Position numbers and translations under genes: made by a program. From the NCBI GenBank assembly GCA_963740085.1, contig CAVUCU010000005.1:128001-192000 (forward strand): 64,000 nucleotides of DNA, read 5' to 3'. Below the pieces are notes generated by a model that worked only from the letters and a program-made list of their open reading frames with translations, made no database searches and was not told where the DNA came from. Source of the stretch: Nitrospirota bacterium. GTDB lineage: Bacteria; Nitrospirota; UBA9217. Of the stretch, positions 56,324 through 64,000 are shown one piece after another; position 1 is the stretch's first letter; each line of letters opens with the position of its first letter.

Positions 56324-57751
56324 ATGCTGAAAGTCATCATCATTGGCGGCGGAATCGCCGGCCTGGCAGCTGCCGTCCACCTCAAGTCCGGGGCCAAGGC
56401 CTACGACAAGACCATTGACGTGCTGGTGCTCGAAAAAAACAATCGCATCGGCGGCAAGATCTTGACCGAGAAGCACGATAAATATCTCATCGAAGGCGGA
56501 CCTGACAGTTTCCTCCCGGAAAAGGTCTGGTCTGTGAACCTCGCCCGCCATCTCGGTCTTGAGTCCGAGATGCTCCCGTCGAATGACCAGTTCAAGGGTA
56601 CATTCATTTATTCACGGGGAGAACTCCACTCCTTGCCGGAAGGCGTGATGCTCATGGTACCAACCTCGTTCTGGCCTATGGCCAAGTCCCACCTCATCAC
56701 CTGGCCCGGCAAGATCCGGATGGGCATGGAAATGTTCGTGCCGAAGCGGAAATCGCGGGATGACGAAAGTCTTGCTTCTTTCGTCACCCGCAGACTCGGT
56801 CGTGAATGTTTGGAGAAGATCGCTGAACCGCTCGTGGCCGGCATCCATACTTCAAATCCTGATAACATGAGCGTTCTGGCCACCTTCCCGCGCTTCGTGC
56901 AGATGGAGCAGAAGAGCGGGAGCCTCATTCGCGGCATGATCTCAACCTTGAAGAACCGTCCCCATGCAACGCTCAGCGGCCCATCACGCCCCGGGCATGA
57001 CGGCCCGAAGATGACCTACTTCATGAGCTTCAAGAACGGCATGCAGGCCCTGCCCCAGGCTTGTGCAGAGCATATTGGAAACGATTCAATCCGGATCAAT
57101 GCAGCGGTCAAGACCATCGAGCCGAACGGCAAAGGATATTCGGTTTTTCTCGAAACCGGCGAGACGCTCAAAGCCGACCACGTCATGCTCGCTTCGGCCG
57201 CCTATGATTCCCTGGAAATGGTAAAGGGTTTCGATGCAGACCTTGCGGAGAAGATGGGCGTGATCCAGTGGTCGTCGTCAGCCACGGTCTCGATCGTGTT
57301 CAAGAAGGAAGACGTGAGGGTTCCGCTCAGGGGCTTCGGCTTCATTGTCCCCCGTGTCGAGGGAAGAAGGGTCAACGCGGCCACGTACAGCTCCATCAAG
57401 TGGTCGTATCGCGCACCCGACGATACGATCATGGTCCGCGTCTTTGTAGGAGGGGGCCACCACGAGGAACTCGTGCACGACCTCGATGACGCGGGCATGG
57501 TCAGGATGGTGCTCGAGGAGTTGGACACGGTCCTCGGACTCAAGGCAAATGCCCTCTTCTCGAAAGTCTACCGCTGGTATAAAGGGATGCCTAAATATAC
57601 GGTCGGACATCTTGATCAGATCGCGGTCCTGGACCGGATGCTTGCGTCACATCCGGGACTTCATCTCATCGGCTGCTCATACAAGGGTATCGGCATCGGC
57701 GACTGTGTGCATGAGGCGCAGATAGCGGCGGAAAAGATATTGAAGAGTTAG
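56324..57751 (+). CDS. hemY: HemY-type copro/protoporphyrinogen oxidase
   Basis: IGGGIAGL, GGKI, EGGPDSF, GFGFIVP, GIGIGDC. Confidence 0.95.
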   Translation: MLKVIIIGGGIAGLAAAVHLKSGAKAYDKTIDVLVLEKNNRIGGKILTEKHDKYLIEGGPDSFLPEKVWSVNLARHLGLESEMLPSNDQFKGTFIYSRGELHSLPEGVMLMVPTSFWPMAKSHLITWPGKIRMGMEMFVPKRKSRDDESLASFVTRRLGRECLEKIAEPLVAGIHTSNPDNMSVLATFPRFVQMEQKSGSLIRGMISTLKNRPHATLSGPSRPGHDGPKMTYFMSFKNGMQALPQACAEHIGNDSIRINAAVKTIEPNGKGYSVFLETGETLKADHVMLASAAYDSLEMVKGFDADLAEKMGVIQWSSSATVSIVFKKEDVRVPLRGFGFIVPRVEGRRVNAATYSSIKWSYRAPDDTIMVRVFVGGGHHEELVHDLDDAGMVRMVLEELDTVLGLKANALFSKVYRWYKGMPKYTVGHLDQIAVLDRMLASHPGLHLIGCSYKGIGIGDCVHEAQIAAEKILKS

Positions 57752-57782
57752 CAGAGGTTTGAAAATATTTCGACACTACGAG

Positions 57783-57818
57783 AAAAGGCCGGAGAGAACG
57801 AATCCCTCCGGCCTTTTT
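57783..57818 (+). terminator. Terminator of the hem operon
   Basis: AAAAGGCCGGAG-loop-CTCCGGCCTTTTT. Confidence 0.85.
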
Positions 57819-57983
57819 CTTTCTTCTTTCTATTCACCGGGCATGACCACAAGCTCATGGCGAACCGCTTATGAACCGCCCTGCTTCGATTTGCGCGGCA
57901 TCGTTGACATAATCAACGAAACCTCCCTTCAATTATCAAGAGATGTAAAATCAGAAATACAGTTTAGAATTGTTCTTTTTTAC

Positions 57984-58012
57984 TTGCGCAGGGCATCATC
58001 TTCAGCTATACT
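57984..58012 (+). promoter_or_regulatory. sigma70 promoter of the orphan gene
   Basis: TTGCGC-17 nt-TATACT. Confidence 0.6.
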
Positions 58013-58071
58013 GGGTCTAAAAGAGGACAGAACAGGTATTAATTGAGCCCGCAAAGGAGGAAGTCCAGCAT

Positions 58072-58608
58072 ATGACTACAACAGCCATCGCTCCACTGGA
58101 GTACAAGAACGATTTTTTCACCATCAGCATCCGTGAGTCCGAGCGCCGGCCGGGGAGCTACATCTTCAGCAGCGGCCTCAGCCTTCCCAAGTTCGACCCC
58201 ATCATCTGGGGAAGGACCGGTATTTGCTCCAACGCGGCATTCAAAGGCCTTCAGCAGCTTCGGGCCGATGTTTCCCACTTTGCCCTGCAGCGGGGCATTG
58301 TGACGAAGAACGTCGATTTTCCCTCCGCCTCATCAGGCGGACACGGGCACGGCTGGTATGAGGAAAATGCCCTCTTGATCGAGGACGCGTCGTTCGAAGC
58401 TGTCCAGGAGATCCTCGAGTTCAGCGCGCGGGACCTCGTCCAGACAGTGCTGAATGCCTGCCAATCGGATGCCAAGGTACCGGCTGGATCCCTGGATCCC
58501 GCAGTAATGCAGCGCTTCCTCGAATCGGTGAGCATCTCGAATTACCGGGAAGCGGCCCCCTCGCCGATCTTGAAACCGACCGGAGAGACAGTAGACGGGA
58601 GATGCTAG
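58072..58608 (+). CDS. Hypothetical protein (178 aa, GGHGHGWY motif)
   Basis: AAGGAGG SD upstream, codon usage like neighbouring genes, own promoter and downstream hairpin. Confidence 0.8.
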   Translation: MTTTAIAPLEYKNDFFTISIRESERRPGSYIFSSGLSLPKFDPIIWGRTGICSNAAFKGLQQLRADVSHFALQRGIVTKNVDFPSASSGGHGHGWYEENALLIEDASFEAVQEILEFSARDLVQTVLNACQSDAKVPAGSLDPAVMQRFLESVSISNYREAAPSPILKPTGETVDGRC

Positions 58609-58648
58609 ACTGCGGGTAGTATATAAAATAAAGGCAGAGACGGTTAAA

Positions 58649-58687
58649 ACACGAAGGCCCGGGAATTTCCCGGGCCCGTGTTATTTC
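58649..58687 (+). terminator. Hairpin/terminator after the orphan gene
   Basis: ACACG..GGCCCGGGA-att-TCCCGGGCC-CGTGT-TATTT. Confidence 0.6.
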
Positions 58688-59059
58688 ATGGAAGGACGTT
58701 CCGCTCAAGACAAGTAAACCCTCGCTCTCCGGGAGGCTCATGGTCTCGTAGCGGACGAGACTACGTTCCAGTTCCAGTAGTCCATTTGACACGCGCAGAC
58801 TTCCCCTTGTTTTCACGTCTTATTCATGATATTTTCCGCACATGCATGAAAAAGCTGTCCAATTGATCGATCTGACCCATGGTTCTCCGGAATTCGATCA
58901 GGCATACGCTATTATGAGTTCGGACATTGCCCCTGAGTTCATGGAGACAGCGGAATTCTGAGGAACCGTCTTCGCGTCGGAGACGAGGGACCGAAGATGG
59001 AAACCAAGTCTACTTTGTTTCCATTTTCTCAATCCACTGCCACGTGCGAAACCGAAAAG

Positions 59060-59093
59060 AAAAAGGCCGGAGAGATAAATCCCTCCGGCCCTT
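59060..59093 (-). terminator. Terminator of groESL
   Basis: GGCCGGAG-loop-CTCCGGCC-T5 on the minus strand; near copy of 57783-57818. Confidence 0.85.
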
Positions 59094-59126
59094 GTGCATT
59101 CCCTCGTGAAAGGAAAATTTTTATTC

Positions 59127-60797
<1,671 letters not shown>

Positions 60798-60842
60798 TCA
60801 TAATGTTGATCATGCGTTCCCTTGAGGGAACCTTCAGGGAAC

Positions 60843-61109
60843 TTAGCTCAGAATGCCGAGCACGTCTTCTTCCTTTACGATCAGATAGTCGACATTGTCG
60901 AGGATGATCTTCGAACCCGAATATCGGTCAAAGAGGATCGTATTGCCTACCTTGAGGGACTTCACCTCATCACCTACCGCTTCAACCTTCCCGCTCTGCG
61001 GTTTTTCTTTCGCGGAGTCCGGAATATACAGTCCGCCTGCAGTCTTCTCCAGTTCCGCGGTATAGCTTACGAACACCCTGTCTTTCAATGGCTTGAATTT
61101 TACACTCAT
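60843..61109 (-). CDS. groS: Co-chaperonin GroES
   Basis: KPLKDRV..TAGGLYIPDSAKEKP..EEDVLG. Confidence 0.97.
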   Translation of the reverse strand: MSVKFKPLKDRVFVSYTAELEKTAGGLYIPDSAKEKPQSGKVEAVGDEVKSLKVGNTILFDRYSGSKIILDNVDYLIVKEEDVLGILS

Positions 61110-61158
61110 GTGTGCTCAACTCCTTTCGTGAATTATAAGTTTTATTATAGCAGAAAAT

Positions 61159-61185
61159 TTAGCACTCGTTTAAGGCGAGTGCTAA
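61159..61185. promoter_or_regulatory. CIRCE element (HrcA operator)
   Basis: Perfect TTAGCACTC-N9-GAGTGCTAA upstream of groS. Confidence 0.97.
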
Positions 61186-61212
61186 TATATGGCGGTGGCC
61201 CAAAAAAAGCAA
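61184..61212 (-). promoter_or_regulatory. sigma70 promoter of groESL overlapping CIRCE
   Basis: TTGCTT-17 nt-TATATT. Confidence 0.6.
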
Positions 61213-61304
61213 ATACAGTATTTTGCAATTTAAGACCATTTAATGAATTTATAGATCAAATTTACTAGAAATCTAAGGATTACTGGTTTTTTTAACTTAT
61301 TAAC

Positions 61305-61334
61305 AAAAAAGCAGGGATAATATCCCTGCTTTTT
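61305..61334 (-). terminator. Terminator after ctpA
   Basis: A6-GCAGGGAT-aat-ATCCCTGC-T5. Confidence 0.85.
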
Positions 61335-61368
61335 CAATTTGTTACAATTTTTTTTTCAATGAGCTTTT

Positions 61369-62730
61369 CTATTTTCCCTTTTTTGCCGAGATCGGAAGGT
61401 TCTTAAATACGTCATCGGCCTTCATTGCCGGCTTTAAAATCTCGATTGCCTTCTGTATTTGAATATCGTCCTTCTTGTCTTTCGGCGTAACTTCCATCGA
61501 GAACTCGTCTTCAACTGACGAGGTGCCCTTTTCTTTTTTCTTCTCCTCTTTGACCGTATCGTTCTTTAAGTGTCGCTCAAGGTCCTTCTCGCGCACAACA
61601 ACATGCAGTGAATCAGTAGTACCCTCCTTCGCTTCTTTTACCGTCTGCAATTTCACCTCGATGTCCGGCGTAATGCCGACGTTCTGAATCGAGCGGCCGC
61701 TTGGTGTATAGTACTTGGCAGTCGTAAGCCGAATACCACCACCGTCTTCAAGTGGGAATACGGTCTGGACCGATCCCTTGCCGAAGGTCTGCGTACCGAC
61801 GATCACGGCGCGCTTTGAATCCTGCAATGCGCCCGCAACAATTTCCGACGCGCTCGCGCTCCCAGTGTTAACGAGCACGACCATCGGGAACTCCCTGGGT
61901 GGTTCCGATCCGCTGGTCAGAAAGTCCTTCCGGTCAGTCTTCTGCCTGCCCTGGATGTACACTACAAGCGAATCCTTCGGCAGGAACTTGCCGCTCACGT
62001 CCACGGAAGCGTCAAGGAGTCCACCCGGATCGTTGCGCAGGTCAAGGACCAGCTTTTTGATCCCCTTTGCCTCAAGGTTCTTCAACGCTTTTTCGAGCTC
62101 TTCAGTGGTCTGCCCTTGAAACTGGATTATCTTGATATAACCGATCTCGTTGTTCAGCATCTCAGACTTCACGCTCGTCACTTTGATGACATCGCGTGTA
62201 ATCTTGAACTCCTTCGGTTTGTCCCATCCTTCGCGATAGATCAGGAGGGTCACCTGAGTGTTTTTTGGACCGCGCATTTTGTCCACAGCCTGCTCGATCG
62301 ACATGTCCTTGGTCCACTCATCGTTGATCTTCATTATCTTGTCCCCGGCAGCGAGTCCCGCGCGGAAAGCAGGGGTATCATCGATTGGCGCGATTACGGT
62401 AAGTTGCTGGTTCTTGACCCCGATCTGTATCCCAACACCCTGGAACTCGCCCTTGATGTCGAGGTTCATCTCTTTGAATGACCGTTCGTTCATATAGGAC
62501 GAATGGGGGTCGAGGCTCGAGACCATGCCCCGGATGGCGCCCTGGATCAATTCCTTGGAATCCGGGTTCTCTACATAGTTCCGCTTTACAAGCTCGAGTG
62601 CCTGGGTGAAGGCCTTCAGTTCCTCATAAGTATCGGGCTTGGCCTGGACCATCCCCTGACCGATTACAATGCCGGTCAATAAAAGGACCAGCGAGGCCAT
62701 CAGAAACTTCTTTTTGTTGATCCGTAACAT
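61369..62730 (-). CDS. ctpA: Carboxyl-terminal processing protease (S41, PDZ)
   Basis: Signal anchor, LDPHS, GVGI, DLRNDPGG, SASASE, TFGKGSVQ; GGAGG before ATG 62730. Confidence 0.95.
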   Translation of the reverse strand: MLRINKKKFLMASLVLLLTGIVIGQGMVQAKPDTYEELKAFTQALELVKRNYVENPDSKELIQGAIRGMVSSLDPHSSYMNERSFKEMNLDIKGEFQGVGIQIGVKNQQLTVIAPIDDTPAFRAGLAAGDKIMKINDEWTKDMSIEQAVDKMRGPKNTQVTLLIYREGWDKPKEFKITRDVIKVTSVKSEMLNNEIGYIKIIQFQGQTTEELEKALKNLEAKGIKKLVLDLRNDPGGLLDASVDVSGKFLPKDSLVVYIQGRQKTDRKDFLTSGSEPPREFPMVVLVNTGSASASEIVAGALQDSKRAVIVGTQTFGKGSVQTVFPLEDGGGIRLTTAKYYTPSGRSIQNVGITPDIEVKLQTVKEAKEGTTDSLHVVVREKDLERHLKNDTVKEEKKKEKGTSSVEDEFSMEVTPKDKKDDIQIQKAIEILKPAMKADDVFKNLPISAKKGK

Positions 62731-62949
62731 TTCATCATCCTCCAGATGGTTTTGCATAATAACTCTCCCTGAAAAGAACCAGCAGTTATAGTGCATAGTG
62801 AATTGATCTTGACCTTCAGGTTTTTCCTAACTGCTCACGACAAAACCACAGTCTCCCTCTACTGGGATCCTTTGGTTAGATCTCGTTTTTTTGCGGTGTT
62901 ACTTGAGTTGACGCTATTTTCATTTAACGATCATAAATTTCTACTAATA

Positions 62950-64000
62950 TTACTTTTTTGCCAGCCATCGGAGCGGGTCCTGAGCTTCGCCGTTCCGGCG
63001 TATCTCGAAGTATAGTTTAGAACCCTTCAGGCTGCCCGTGTCCCCCGCAAGACCGATCACCTGACCCTGGGCTGCACGAGCCCCTTTGGCCAAGTCGACC
63101 CGCGAGAGATTGCCGTAGAGTGTATATAACCCGTTCCCGTGGTCAAGGATCATGAGTTTCCCGAAGCCTTTGTACCAGTCCGCGTATGCCACTACCCCAT
63201 CGCGCACCGCACGAACCGATTCCCCTTCATGTGCCTGGATCTCTATCCCATGGCGGTATACCATGGTGCCGAATTGCGGATGACGCTGCATACCGAACCT
63301 TGTCAGCACCGTACCTTCAAGTGGCCAGGGAAGCCGGGACCCTTCGCGGTCTGCGGGTTCGCTCTCGTGCCGTGAAGTCGGAGCTTTCGCCGCCCTCTTC
63401 TCCTGTTCGTCCTTCCTGATCATGGCCCAGAGACTGGCCGACGACTCTTCAAGTTCGTGCAGGGACTGCTCGTAAAGGCCCTTCTCCTGCCTCACGCCGG
63501 CAAGAATGACAGCCTTCTTCCCTCTCCGAGCCTCGAGCTCCACCTTCTTTGCTTCCACCGCCCGCTGGCGTGCGATCAGCTCGGTTCTTCTCTCCGCTAT
63601 CTCCGACTGTTGCGCCGCAAGCCTCTTCAGAGTGCTGCCGTACTCCCGGATGACCTCCTGGTCACGCGCGGCGACCATGCCGAGATACTTGACACGCTTC
63701 ATCGTTTGGTCTAATCCGTCCGGGGAAAGTATTGCCACGGCGTATCCGCTCCGGTTCATTTTGTAAAGCGCCCGGAGCCGCTGGCCATAGTGCTGCTTCA
63801 ATGCGACAAGTTCACGACTCAGCGCGGTGTTGTTCTCCTCAACCTCACGAAGGGCCTTCTCGGACCCTCGCAGCCGCTGCTGCTGGTCGGCTAGCTCCGC
63901 ACGACCCGCCTGTATGTACCGGTCGATCTTTTCGAGCTCCGACAGGATTGAACGCTCCTTGCGGTCCGCGCGTTTCAGTTCCTTTTTTTTCTCGCGCATC
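62950..64000 (-). CDS. envC: Murein hydrolase activator EnvC family (coiled coil + M23), 5' end truncated by the window
   Basis: Long coiled coil, LPWPLEG, degenerate M23 (HGIEI; LYGN in place of HxH), LYFEIR; upstream of ctpA. Confidence 0.88.
   Translation of the reverse strand, partial: MREKKKELKRADRKERSILSELEKIDRYIQAGRAELADQQQRLRGSEKALREVEENNTALSRELVALKQHYGQRLRALYKMNRSGYAVAILSPDGLDQTMKRVKYLGMVAARDQEVIREYGSTLKRLAAQQSEIAERRTELIARQRAVEAKKVELEARRGKKAVILAGVRQEKGLYEQSLHELEESSASLWAMIRKDEQEKRAAKAPTSRHESEPADREGSRLPWPLEGTVLTRFGMQRHPQFGTMVYRHGIEIQAHEGESVRAVRDGVVAYADWYKGFGKLMILDHGNGLYTLYGNLSRVDLAKGARAAQGQVIGLAGDTGSLKGSKLYFEIRRNGEAQDPLRWLAKK

Noticed and set aside
58690-58885. Minus-strand mini-ORF MGQIDQLDSFFMHVRKIS* with a GGAG SD, possible pseudogene or readthrough
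   Set aside because: Too short, no recognisable family, and no SECIS-like hairpin evident.

Overview
A moderately GC-rich bacterial chromosomal window of mostly housekeeping genes; a Nitrospirota/Desulfobacterota-like diderm origin is inferred from gene content and order, not shown directly. The core (about 15.9-49.6 kb, minus strand) is the translation/transcription superoperon: tRNA-Thr/Tyr/Gly/Thr, tuf, rpmG, tRNA-Trp, secE, nusG, rplKAJL, rpoBC, str, S10, spc and alpha, with no adk. The left flank holds a radical SAM gene, a multi-PAS hybrid kinase, a def-fmt-DUF116-rsmB-PASTA-rpe cluster followed by a Re-citrate-synthase-like enzyme fused to a Cache domain, an HD-GYP regulator and a collapsed kinase. 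The right flank holds rlmB, cysS, a stand-alone LigD phosphoesterase, hemE-hemH-hemY, an orphan gene, CIRCE-groES-groEL, ctpA and envC. I found no CRISPR array, transposase, prophage or rRNA. The most unusual signals are: (i) the cytoplasmic Cache-domain fusion on the DRE-TIM enzyme; (ii) at least 15 intergenic elements built from 7-nt or 9-nt periodic units, mostly hairpins, many inside the ribosomal operons; (iii) an orphan gene bracketed by a duplicated terminator next to a heme operon lacking chdC; (iv) two +1 frameshifts in rsmB; (v) several decayed two-component relics. None of these is established as a new system from sequence alone.
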